Shown here piece after piece: positions 36,420 to 48,600 of a DNA stretch of 64,000 nucleotides (position 1 is its first letter; the number at the start of each line of letters is the position of its first letter). The stretch lies in assembly GCA_002269645.1 (NCBI GenBank), contig NIVC01002334.1:62001-126000 (forward strand), in the 5' to 3' direction. The translations under genes and the position numbers were made by a program. The notes beneath the pieces are model-generated. The model ran no database searches, was not told the DNA's origin, and was given only the letters and a program-made list of their open reading frames with translations. Source of the stretch: Macrostomum lignano (lineage: Eukaryota).

Positions 36420-37190
36420 ACCCCATTAGATCTACTCTCCTCCCATTTAACCCATTATCCTAAAAATGGTCTTCTATTCTCCAGAATTATATCTACTTTA
36501 CCCTATTAGATCTATTATCCAAAATTATATCTACTCTAATCCATTAGATCTATTCTCCAAAATTAGATCTACTTTACCCCATTAGATCTATTCTCCAAAA
36601 TTATATCTACTCTACCCCATTAGATCTATTCTCCAAAATTATATCTACTCTAATCCATTAGATCTATTCTCCCAAATTATATCTACTCTCCCCCATTAGA
36701 TCTATTCTCCCAAATTATATCTACTCTACCCCATTAGATCTATTCTCCAGAATTATATCTACTCTACCCTATTAGATCTATTCTCCAGAATTAGATCTAC
36801 TCTACCCCATTAGATCTGTTCTCCTGAATTATATCTACTCTGCCCTATTAGATCTATTCTCCAGAATTAGATCTACTCTACCCCATTAGATCTGTTCTCC
36901 TGAATTATATCTACTCTGCCTTATTAGATCTATTCTCCCGAATTAGATCTACTCTACCCCATTAGATCTGTTCTCCTGAATTATATCTACTCTCCCCCAT
37001 TAGATCTATTCTCAAAAATTATATCTACTCTACCCCATTAGATCTATTCTCCAAAAATAGATCTACTCTACCCCATTAGATCTATTCTCCAAAAATAGAT
37101 CTACTCTCCCCCATTAGTTCTATTCTCCCAAACTGGATCCACTCCACCTCCACTCCATTAAATTAGATCGATTCTCCAGAGTCCACTAAT
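36420..37190. repeat. 38-42-bp minisatellite (ATTAGATCTATTCTCC...ATTATATCTACTCTACCCC) between B3GNTL1 and FMO
   Basis: Each unit is made of two related about 20-bp halves. Confidence 0.93.
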
Positions 37191-37541
37191 TTATCTACTC
37201 TCAACCTTTAGGCATAGATCTAGTCTCCACAACTAGAATTTAGTCTCAATACGACTAAATCGCCGCCTCACTTTAAGTGTAAAACAAATAAAAGAGGTAA
37301 AAAACGCAAAACTAGTTTTTCAGTACCGTACAGAACCTGTGCATTCTCTGTGGAGGATGGCTTATCGACTGCAATAAGACGCTTTTATTTTGATAAATTT
37401 AAAACTTGCTATTATTAAATACTTGTTGTCTTTACAATAAAATAAAAACCTTACCAAGCACTTTGGCTAAGTCTACAGTAATTACAAGCATAAAGAGAAA
37501 AACAGCTACATAAAATGCTACACCTACTACTTCTACTATAC

Positions 37542-40117
37542 TTAGCTAAACCAGTAGTAGTCAACGCCTTCAGTGAGTCCAAGAGAGTCTAAATTGGATT
37601 CCAGCTGACCTCCGGTGAGGTCCAACTTCGCGCAGATGATTAACGGCGGCTTAACTGTCGAGAAATGAACGATTGGAATGCGGGGCTTCGGCCGCTGCTG
37701 CAGTGGGTGGAGGCGGGCGGTGGAATTCAGGGAGAGTTCAATGAGTGGCCTGAATGTTCAGTCTGAGGAGCAACTGAGGATCTGGGAGGCTGGTGGCCCA
37801 GCAACTGAGGATCTGGGAGGCTGGTGGCTCAGCAACTGAGGATCTGGGAGGATGGTGGCCCAGCAACTGAGGATCTGGGAGGCTGGTGGCCCAGCAACTG
37901 AGGATCTGGGAGGCTGGTGGCCCAGCAACTGAGGATCTGGGGGGCCGGTGGCCCAGCAACTGAGGATGTGGCAGAAGCACTCACTGAGCTCTCCTCAAAG
38001 GTGTAAAACCCAAGCTGAATCTTCTTAGGATCCACATCGCAGAAGGCCGCCACTTTCCGTCGAAGGTCGGGCGGCAGTGCTCGGTAGAACCTGCGGCCCT
38101 GCTTGCCCGCATTCCACACACTGAAGCTGGGCCACCCTGGCAACACCCTGGCAACAAGCCGATCCATGCGCAGACGGAATATTGCACTCCTGTAGTTGCG
38201 CGCGAAAAGCGCAGTGGTTAAGGGCGATTTTTACAGTGGCTCAGGGGCGATTCTCAGTGTGGTTCAGGGGCGATTCTCAGTGTGGTTCAGGGCGATTCTA
38301 AGTGTGGTTCAGGGGCGATTCTCAGTGTGGTTCAGGGGCGATTCTCAGTGTGGTTCAGGGCGATTCTAAGTGTGGTTCAGGGGCGATTCTCAGTGTGGTT
38401 CAGGGGCGATTCTCAGTGTGGTTCAGGGCGATTCTAAGTGTGGTTCAGGGGCGATTCTCAGTGTGGTTCAGGGGCGATTTTCAGCGGTTCAGGGGCGATT
38501 CTCAGTGTGGTTCAGGGCGATTCTAAGTGTGGTTCAGGGGCGATTCTCAGTGTGGTTCAGGGCGATTCTCAGTGTGGTTCAGGGGCGATTCTCAGTGTGG
38601 TTTAGGTGTGATTCTCAGGGTGGTTTAGGTGCGATTCTCAGTGTGGTTTAGGGGCGATTCTCAGTGTGGTTCAGGGGCGATTCTCAGGGTGGCTTAGAGG
38701 CGATTCTCAGGGTGGTTTAGGTGCGATTCTCAGGGTGGTTTAGGGGCGATTCTCAGGGTCATTTAGGGGCGATTCTCAGGGTCATTTAGGGGCGATTTTC
38801 AGGGTGGTTTAGAGGCGATTCTCAGTGTTGTTATCAATGCTGCACAATCAGAGCTCACTCGTGCACGGAGAATGTGGTGGCAGCTGGTTGGTATCTGTAC
38901 ATGAGCAGATCGGCGTCAACTCTTGCCACACCACCGCCGCAGTCAAGATGCTTAAAGAAAAACTCCAAATCCTCCGGAAAGCCCCTGGCTGTAGACTGAT
39001 TGAAGCCTCCCACACGATCAAATACCGATCGATGCATGAACCAAGTTGGCATGATCACGGTGGGTCCGTGAGAAGTGTACACCTGAGTCACCAGCTGCAC
39101 AGGAGTCAGCTGATTGGCCCAGGCTGTGAATCGCGCTGTGGAACCGTCAGGCTTACGGTGAAACTGACTGCCGACAATCTTAGTGAATATTTTGGGGGGG
39201 GGCAATAAACGATTTTATAACATTTAAATTATCAATTAATATTTGAGCGACAAAAATAATTAATAACTATTGTTCTCTTTATACTGTACTAACAGTAGAA
39301 ATATAAAACATTCTGGTAAAAAATACTAATATTGAATTTTAAATAACTACTCTACTTACAGTAGAAATATGGGAAAAATACGCTAAATAACAATACAAAT
39401 ATTTATAGGATACTAGACAGGTCACACCCTTAGCTAATGACAGTATGTAAAAAAGAAAAGTAAAATAACTTCAGTAGACAGTAGCTCACAGCATGTTTGT
39501 TTTTCAGTGACACTGCTAGAGAAAGTTGTTCAGCAATCCGGTCAGGCAGCATGACATCATCCTGAAGATATTTACACAGATTATAAAATATCTTTATGTT
39601 TTACACACAAAATCTTAAAATTCTGTAACACAAAGACCCACTTACAGCATCTAAAAAGCAGAGATATTCTCCAGAAGACTGAGCTACAGCACAATTTTTG
39701 GCATATCCACAGCCTCTTGCTTCACCATTGTGTCCAGATATGACAAAATTGTACACTTTTTGTGAAAATTCTTGTTTTAAATTGTTCAAGATGTTGGCGC
39801 TGCTATCCTAGTTTGTTTGTTAAAAAATTACATTGACAATAGATTAAATTATAAATTATATAATTACATATATATTATAAGATGTAATGACATAAAAAAA
39901 CTTACAGAACTAGCATCATTGTAGACAGAAATCTCTAAATTGCCAGAAAAGTTTTGATTGACAGTGGATTGAATGGCTTCACTAAGCCATGATTCAGCAT
40001 TGTGAACTGGTATGATAACAGACTACAATGGATTAAAATTAATCTAATAAAACAATGTACTTTAGTATTATAAATATTAAATATTAACAATGCAAAGAAT
40101 CTTACCACAAGGGCCAT
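37542..40117 (-). CDS. B3GNTL1: B3GNTL1/QTGAL glycosyltransferase family 2 protein (347 aa); exons 40117-40106, 40022-39906, 39807-39646, 39561-39490, 39178-38859, 38189-37985, 37697-37542
   Basis: [92 protein letters not shown] and [11 protein letters not shown]...CAKLDLTGG are colinear with human B3GNTL1 as I recall it. All seven exons join in phase. Confidence 0.95.
37765..37966. repeat. 31-bp minisatellite GAGGATCTGGGAGGCTGGTGGCCCAGCAACT in the last B3GNTL1 intron
   Basis: About six copies visible. Confidence 0.93.
38222..38825. repeat. 22-23-bp minisatellite GGTTCAGGGGCGATTCTCAGTGT filling a B3GNTL1 intron
   Basis: Occupies nearly all of intron 38190-38858. Confidence 0.95.
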
Positions 40118-41141
40118 TTAAAGAAACTTAATAATTTTTCTATACTAGCATAATGTATAAAATAAGCTTCTCTGAAAAAGAATAGAGATAAAATTATTTT
40201 TACTTTAGTTTCATAATGTTAATAGCATGTTATCTGGTTGTGCTTTAAAGTTGACACTAGTAATGCGTCTTCAATGATATATAAAAAATCAGTTCTTAGA
40301 TAGACTTCTATAAACATCTACCAATTGTTATGCCCTAATGTCAGTTTAAAAAGCCTTTTTTAAGCTAGCCATCTCACATTAATTGCTAGACTGGATTTTG
40401 TTTTTATGCTATAGAAATAAAGCAAGCCAATAGCCAATGACAATACAACTTTGGCCATAATACCATTAGAAAATCTGTATTTATTATATATACCCAATAT
40501 TTTATTGATTAATCTGAGGAGGAGAAGGCACTAATAAAGGTTAAGGCTGATTTGAAGCTCAAACAAGGATGCTTCTCCTTGCCTAGAATTTATGTTTAAT
40601 TATATTATTTTGGCAACTGTTGTTTGTCTAGTGACTAGACAAATAGCAATGTGGTTATTCATCTAGTTATGGGATACATAGCCATTTCACTATTCATTCA
40701 GTTGTTATAGGCCTACTGGACAAATAGCTATTTTTTATTATATAATTTAGTGAATATTTTTGGATTTTAAAGGTTTTTTACTTGTATCTTGATTAATATA
40801 TTGTTTTATTAGTATATATCTAGTCTACACTTAGGCCCTAGTCTGACTGTTTCCTGTCTTGTATAGCTTATACCCTTTTGTGCTACACACCCTTTTATAA
40901 GGCAAAGCGCATGGAGAATAACAAGGTGTAAGAAGGTATAAAAATCAAACTGAATAATGAGAAGTTTTAATAATCATGCAGTCAATATGAAAGTAAAACT
41001 TTTAAGTGAGTTAATCATATATATATACATAGTTATAGGTAGGGCCTATCCTAGGCTTACTAAGTAAAACAAAAGATTATTTAAGGTAGGAAAAAACTCT
41101 TAAAAATCTAGAATATAAATCACTTAATAAATACTTTAAAA

Positions 41142-41497
41142 TAGGTCGGACGGGATCCCAATCCCAATCCCAAAATCTCGGGATCCCGAGACTCGAGATT
41201 CGGGATTTGGGAACAGGTCTTTCGATTAATAATTTATAGAATTAGTGATTACTTGAAGGTATTTTGCTTTATCTTGTACTCGTTACATTATTTACTTTGT
41301 TGGTTACAAAACTTCATATCAATTTCGTTGTGTTTTACTTCTTGATCTTGACAATCTTTTCTCAATTTTGTTTAACTTTACATGGAAAATACACTAAAAG
41401 ACCTGATCCTGATTCCTGAATCCCAATCCCGATCCTGAGAAAAAAATTATTCCCGATCCCAATCCTGCCCGAAGATTTCAATCCCGTCCGACCTCTA
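41142..41497. mobile_element. Degenerate hAT-like MITE with subterminal (ATCCCR)n repeats
   Basis: AGGTCGGACGGGAT / ATCCCGTCCGACCT inverted termini and multiple ATCCCG/ATCCCA motifs at both ends. No clear TSD. Confidence 0.6.
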
Positions 41498-41977
41498 AAA
41501 TAAAACACTTGTATATAGCAATTTAAGTAGACAAATAACAAATGGCTATTTGTCCAGTAACTAGACAAATAACCATGTTGCTATTTTTCTGGTCACAAGA
41601 CAAATAACTGCTTATTATTTTTCTTGACTATTTAAGACAAAAATAAGTATGAGAAAATATTTTGAAAATACAAGTAGTAAAACAAAAATTTTTTCTTAGA
41701 TTTTCACTCATTTAAAATGCATTAAAGTTTTATAATTTTTGGGTAAAAAAGAGGCTTAGGCCTATCTCATATATTTAAAATCTTGACTAAAAGTTTCATT
41801 GTTTTTTACCTTTTTAGTATTTTAACCGATTAGCTATATTGCACTTGTTTAGACCTATAAGTATGGACCTAATCAATATTAGAGACACGGCCACCATTTC
41901 TACAAGTTTTTTGGATGTAGACACGGCCGCCGTGTCTTTAAGTGTGGCGAAATAAAAACCCAGCTAGATGGCCTTTC

Positions 41978-42088
41978 GGCTATCCTGTAGTTTCGCACGT
42001 TAAATTATTTTACGGAATTATTTCGCCCTCTATTCAAGGTGGTGGGGGGTGGGGGTTATAATTAAACGTGCAAAACTACAGGATAGCC
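41978..42088. mobile_element. 111-bp MITE with GG termini and an 8-bp TSD
   Basis: TIRs GGCTATCCTGTAGTTTCGCACGTT / AACGTGCAAAACTACAGGATAGCC. TSD GGCCTTTC at 41970-41977 and 42089-42096. Confidence 0.85.
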
Positions 42089-42668
42089 GGCCTTTCTTTA
42101 TTAAAACTTGAACTAATTTCTCTACATCTCTACAAACAAACTCTACAAACAATTTCTACAAACAGCAAGCTTTTAAAAACTTAAAAGTAAATAAAGTTTG
42201 ACTAGACCCATAGTCGGACAAAAATATTAGAATTCAAGGTTTTATATAGCCTCAAAGTAATTACTTAAGAGATATATATCAACAACGTAAAGAAAAAAAC
42301 ACATTGAAAAGAAGGTGTCCTGGAATTTTACAAATTTAAAAACCATTTACCGTTTTGTAGTAGTAAAACAAAGTCAATATTTTATACTTTAACTAAATAA
42401 TATAAGTAGAAATTGCAGCTAAACAAACATATTAAAAACTTAGTCAAATTATAATTTATAAAAGATATTCTGCTTAAGACTTGCAAAAGAGAGTACTTTA
42501 TAATTCAAATTACATAATTTCATCAATATATATACTTGCGACGAGTCCCACGACTACATATAAAAGTTGCAGTTGTAGTCAAATAGTTTAGGTTTATTTT
42601 CATTACTCTCATTCGCAAGGCTACGTCTTTGATTTTTAGCTTTTCATTTCAATAGTTTTTTAGCCTAA

Positions 42669-45600
42669 ATGGGAAATATACACACAGTCGGACCTAATGA
42701 AGCCTTGGTAATTTCAGGTATGTAAGTTAGAGTATTACTTTCACGTTTAAAGTGGTTTTGTAATTAGAAAAAATATTTAAAACTAGGCTAAAATTGCAAT
42801 GATTCTGATTGTTTTTAAGAATTTCTTAGACTTGATTAGGACCCTAATATAATATAACTTTTATAATTGTTTTTTTGTGTACACTACAGTTATTTTGTCT
42901 GCCACCAGTTACTCTGGACACATGATTAGGACTTCTTTAAGTTTATGTTGATAAAATACTTTCGATTTTTTAATTTTTCTGTAATTTTCACTAGACACTT
43001 GGGGGATGCTAGAAATGATAAAAAAGTGAAAAAATCTCCAAAAAATACATTCTGTGGTGATGCAACCTCAGTTTATTAATCCCTTAGGCCCTATGATGTC
43101 AATAAAAATTTGAAAAAAAATTGTTTCAATGAATTTTGTATTTATAAATGAACATTTTTTAAAACAAAAAATAAGTTAATATGTTTTGTGAATATAAAAT
43201 ATATAGAAAAGAAATCACAAGTAATAAACCACTTTCCAATTATAATGTAATGCTTATAATGCTTTTCGGTGCCTGGTATCTCGTTGCCCCAGTTTATATT
43301 ACCCCAAAATTATGATAATAAAAAAATCTTATAATAAACATAATAAATACTTTACAAAATGTTCAATATTCCTAATAAAAGCAGTGTTAATTTTGTTCAA
43401 CTGGCAGGTTTCTTTAAATTGGAAAAATCTGTTCAATTTAATTGCATATATTTGCTATATCCTGTATATACAATACAAGTTGGCTGCACTCAGCAAGTGT
43501 GCTAGTGCTATGAAGACTTAGTTAGGAAAGTTGAAATCCATCAACGATGCTACATATAGTTTTGATCAAAATTCTGAAATGTGACAAGTCTATATGTATT
43601 TTAGTTAGTATTGATTTTTTCCCTATTGGAATAAGTTGACAAAACCCGGATGACCGTCCATCGCATTTTTGGATTCTCCTGGTGTCGCGTCGCGCGACAG
43701 TGGTGTCAAGTGGAAACCTGGTGTTGTCATGCATTGTGTCGCGCAACACGACACAACGAGATGCGAAAGTGTGGCAACTTGGCAGCTGGTGTCGTCATGT
43801 GTCGCATTGCGCCTAGATCTGCAGCCAAAACCTCGCAAACTGTGTTTCATTGTAATAATATGTTCACGGTTATTTTTCGGTATTTAACTATTTCAAACAT
43901 GTTTGATAAAAATGAATTCTTGAATTGTTCTTTTTTATTTTGACGGTAAAATAACTAATACTTCAAATATAATTTTTAGAAATGTTACTTGTTAGTTACA
44001 ATGCATGCGTTGTTTTTCTAACTGTTGTACCTTTGTTGTTTTACTGTTTATTGTTTTTAAATTTCATTTCTTTTTCCGCAAAATTGAAAGGAATACTCTC
44101 GTCCCTCGCTCCATGGTCTTGGTGACGGGAGTGAACGGCAGAACGAGAATTGTCAATTGCAACGTGGCTGCTGTGGCGTCCTTCCCCCCCCCCCCAGTCA
44201 TTCGGTCAACAGACACCGGTGTTGCATCGTGCATCACTGCCCCCCAGTCAAAAAAATTTGGTGTCGCGTCGCACTTTTGAGGGCATAATTTTGGCACCTG
44301 TGTCGCACATCCGCGGGTTTTTGAAACTTATTCCAATAGGGGATTTTTTGAATCACCCAATCATGTTTTATTTCATAAAACTGCCTAAGAAATAAAGCAA
44401 GTATTATTTAATGAAGTAAAATCTTTTTGGGCATAACTATTGGACCATAATCTATAAGATTTTATTACAAGTGCATTTGAGACATTAGTTTAAAAATTTG
44501 ACATGGCTGAGATGCACGGCTATAGCGACATGAAAATAAATCAAAGTTCGAGTAACCAAAAACCATTTTTTGAATCAAAACAGCAGGTCAGCTTAACTAA
44601 ATAAAGAATACCTTTTTTATAGTAAATAAGTACTGCAAAGACAAAGCACTTACTGCTAAATTAAGGCTCAATTTCTATATTTTGGGTCCAATTTTAATGT
44701 ATAATTTGGGCACCAAAAAGCAAGCTGGGGCACCAAAATGACAGGCACCAAAAAGCGTAGATACTAGGTTTATCTCCCACCCAAGTCTAGAACTTATCAA
44801 TATCATCTTGAATAGGTCTCTATGCCTCTATTCAAGTTTATGTTGATAAAATCAATCCCTATAAAGAATCTCCGCATCCTAAAACCCCATATTCCCTATG
44901 ACCTAATGGTTGGTTTTAAGCTACATATAGTTGGGTTAAAGCTACAAAAAATGAAAGCTCAAATTTGAAATCAGCACTATTAAAAACAAAATTATGCTCC
45001 TGTTAAAATTGCAACTAATTTATCAATATAAACTTGAAGAAGTCACATGATGGCCTTTTGTATTTTCTCAGACATTTGCTTTCAAAATATGTTTTGTAAA
45101 GGGTGCCACTAAATTCATCATTTGACATACTTTCTTTTTATTTATGTCAATGCTTTTTTAGGATAGAAATTTTTGCTTGGGCCTATAAAATTTTTAAGCA
45201 TCATAGACAATGATAATGTCAATTGAATTGTCACAAGTGGCAAACCTTATATATATTAAGTTTATATTTAAAGGAAATTTTCTATTTTTGGTATACAATG
45301 GTATATTTAGCTAAAAAGGATTCTTGTTCCTGTTTATATTACTTTTACAATCTGGACCATACATGCGCAACCTCCAAAATTCGGTTGGCTGTGTGACTTA
45401 GTTTTAACAAAAATGCGACATAGTTTTTGGCAGAAAATGCAACTTACATGTAAAGAAACACAATTAACGCAACTTTGGATAAATTGCAGGAGTAACTGTG
45501 ACTGTCTTATAAAGCCAAAATGCCTCGTCAGCTACTTAGTACTACTAGGTGTTTTTTGGATAGGCATTTTTGTGACCTTTTTTTGGTTGGCCGCCAAATT

Positions 45601-48600
45601 GGTCAGCCAGATCAGCTGACTGTTGCGCATGTATGATCTAGACCCTGGCAACATGGTATATAAAAATATTATATAGCAATGGCATTAATTTCTATACTCT
45701 TACTGCAAGCAACATATTATGCAAAAAATAGTACTTCATGCAAGTAAAACCAAGTGAAACAGAGCCTATGATTTTATTTTCACTTTTGTTATAATCATTT
45801 TAATGTGATTTATGACAAAGTGATCATAGAATAAAAATAGGAGAGAGAGTATAATTTTTGCTCTTTGCTTATTGTGTGCCCCAAAGGGAGGCACTAGATT
45901 GCTAGTTTTTACTAATAATAAATGTCAATTAGTCATTTCATAGATAGGCCTAGTGTCTGATCAATATCAAAATTTATTATACCTGTTTCATATTTCAGAT
46001 CAAACATACTTATGCACCTTCAACAAAAACATCACTTTATGATTGCACAACTCAACATATGATCATAAAGATGGACAGTCCTAATCTATTCAAGAATTCA
46101 AAGAATAGAATATAACAATTAACAAAACCAAAGGCAAATACAGATTATTTGTTAGGCAATAAGCAGTAGCACCAATGGATAGTAAAAACTTGAGTCTAGT
46201 TAGACTACTTATGCTGAAGATTGGGGCATGTGTTAAGGTGCATTGCAAACTAAAGTGGAGAGTTCTAGGTGCATGGTTAGTAATTGGAACAACCTTTTTA
46301 ATAGTGCAGGTTGAAAATGATTTTATGGTATCAAACAAGTAATTGACAGTATACATTTTTAATAAAAGACTTGAATTCCACTATATTTTTCTTTACAATC
46401 AAAACTGTAAAAACTTTGAAAGAGAAATTGAATAAGTAATTCACATTTAAAAAAAGACATGATTTTAGAATATCAGTAAATTCAGTTTTTTGTATAAAAT
46501 TTAGGAATAAATGATAGTAATTCAGGTTTTATGAAGATCAACAGATTTCAGAATACCAGAAAATGATGGTCGTTAGGTAACTTTGCAGGGTTTTTTTAGC
46601 ATGTTACACTTATCATAAACTAACAAAAATGACTATAAACTTAAATATAGGCTCAGAAAATATTTTAGCAAAAAATTATCAACTTATAAACCTTTTGAAA
46701 ATTAGTACAACAACTTTTTGTAAAAAAAAAATGATGGTCGTTTTTAACACTTAAAAAAGGGAAATCAAACTTTTTAAAATAAAAAATTATGATAGATAGA
46801 ACTATATTAGATCATAAAACTTTATAATTTCAGTCTTTAGATATAAGAAAGAAAGATTTTTATTATTTATGCACTTGATGCATTATGTTTGTTAACTTTT
46901 TTTCTTATTGGAAACTAGATTAAACTTTTTATAATGTCCCGCGGGACATTTAAAATCTTGCAAGGGTACCATGATCAAAACAAAATATATATACCTAGAG
47001 GTAGATAAATGTGTATGAAACTATATAAAAATGAAACTATACATAATTATATGCAAAATGAAATATTCACATTTGCAAATACGAGGGGTGCAGAAAAAGT
47101 TTTGGCAACTGGGTTCCCAATTGCAGATAAATTGTTAGTAAATCTTAAAACGTTATTAAAGTCCTTCAATGTAATCTCCGCCACGTTCTATGCATTTCTG
47201 GTGACGGTGGATCCATGCCTCGAAGGCAGCGCGGTACTCTGAAGCTGGCATGGTGTTCAGCTCTGAATTAATGCGGCGAGCCAGGTCCTGGGGCCGCTGA
47301 AAATGGCATCCAGCCATGCGTTCGGTCAGCTTCGGGAATGCCCAGAAGTCGCAGGGTGCCAAATCAGGACTGTACGGAGGGTGCGGTATCACTTTAAGCT
47401 TGTTATCAGCCAAAAAGCTTGTTGTCATGGCTGCAGTGTGGCTGGAGGCATTGTCGTGATGCAAATGATTCTGCCACTTTGGAGGCGGGTTGGCTGCTTT
47501 TCCATGACTGAAGCTACGACTTTAGGCAAAACCTCGCCAGTATAGAACATGGCATTGACGTTCTGTCCATTTGGCACCATAACAACTGTCTCTGGCCCGT
47601 TGATGCTGAAAAAGACGACGAACATCTGCTTCCTTGAGCGAAACCCTGGGCGCAGAACAGTTGGACGGTCTTCATCGGAACCAATCCAAACCTTGTTTTG
47701 GTTCTTGTAAGGCACTTGGAAGTAGTAGAACCACTTCTCATCACCAGTCACGACATCAGTAAGTCGTTTAGTGCCACCTTCGCCGAAGCATCGCAGAAAT
47801 TCTTGGCTGCATCGAACCCTCTCCTGCTTCTGCTCTGCTGTCAGTGCATGAGGTACCCAACGGGCCGTGACCTTGCGGAGGCCAAGATGGTCATGCAAGA
47901 TGGTTCGGACACTGCCATCAGAAATGCTGATTGTCTGGCTAAGTAGTGCAACAGTGATATTGCGATCTTCGTCCACCAGCTGTCGCACAGCAACAATGTT
48001 CTGCTCGGTCACGGATGTCATTGGCCTCCCAGAACGAGGGCTGTCGGTCATGGAGCATCGACCAGCACTGACCAGCTCAATCCAACGGGCCACGGTGCGG
48101 TACGAAGGGGCTTGATCTGCTACAACTTGGACTAGCTCGGCATGAATTTTGGTGGCGTTTTCTCCAAGCTGCGATCCCATGAAAACATAAAATCTCCACT
48201 GATCAGCAGTGATATTTTCCATTTGAAGGCTGAAAACGAGACTGTACGTTAATCAAAATGCTCTAGGAAGCGAAAAAATCAATGCAATGAGCTGAAAATT
48301 TATGAACAAACGCAAAATATGATCATATTTATGAGATTAAAAAATGGTTACGTTTAAACGTTTATTTAAAAAGTTATGAGCCAGTTGCCAAGACTTTTTG
48401 CGCACCCCTTGTAATTTTTAAAAATATTTCTATACCTTTGATGACCCTATCATGGAATAACCCAGCTACTTTAATACATTGGATGTGCTATAACTTTATG
48501 CTATGATTTCATATTATGATCTAGTAAAATCAATCTTATATTAATATATGTAATTTTACTATTAACTTCAAGTGATTGTAGAACAAAATAGATATCTTCA

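Noticed and set aside
41880-41940. 12-bp inverted repeat TAGAGACACGGC / GCCGTGTCTTTA
   Set aside because: It is too short and has no TSD, so it cannot be called an element.
42557-42566. TATAAAAG as the FLOT2 promoter
   Set aside because: It is plausible, but such motifs are frequent in this AT-rich region and an acceptor lies between it and the ATG, so it is unsupported without TSS data.
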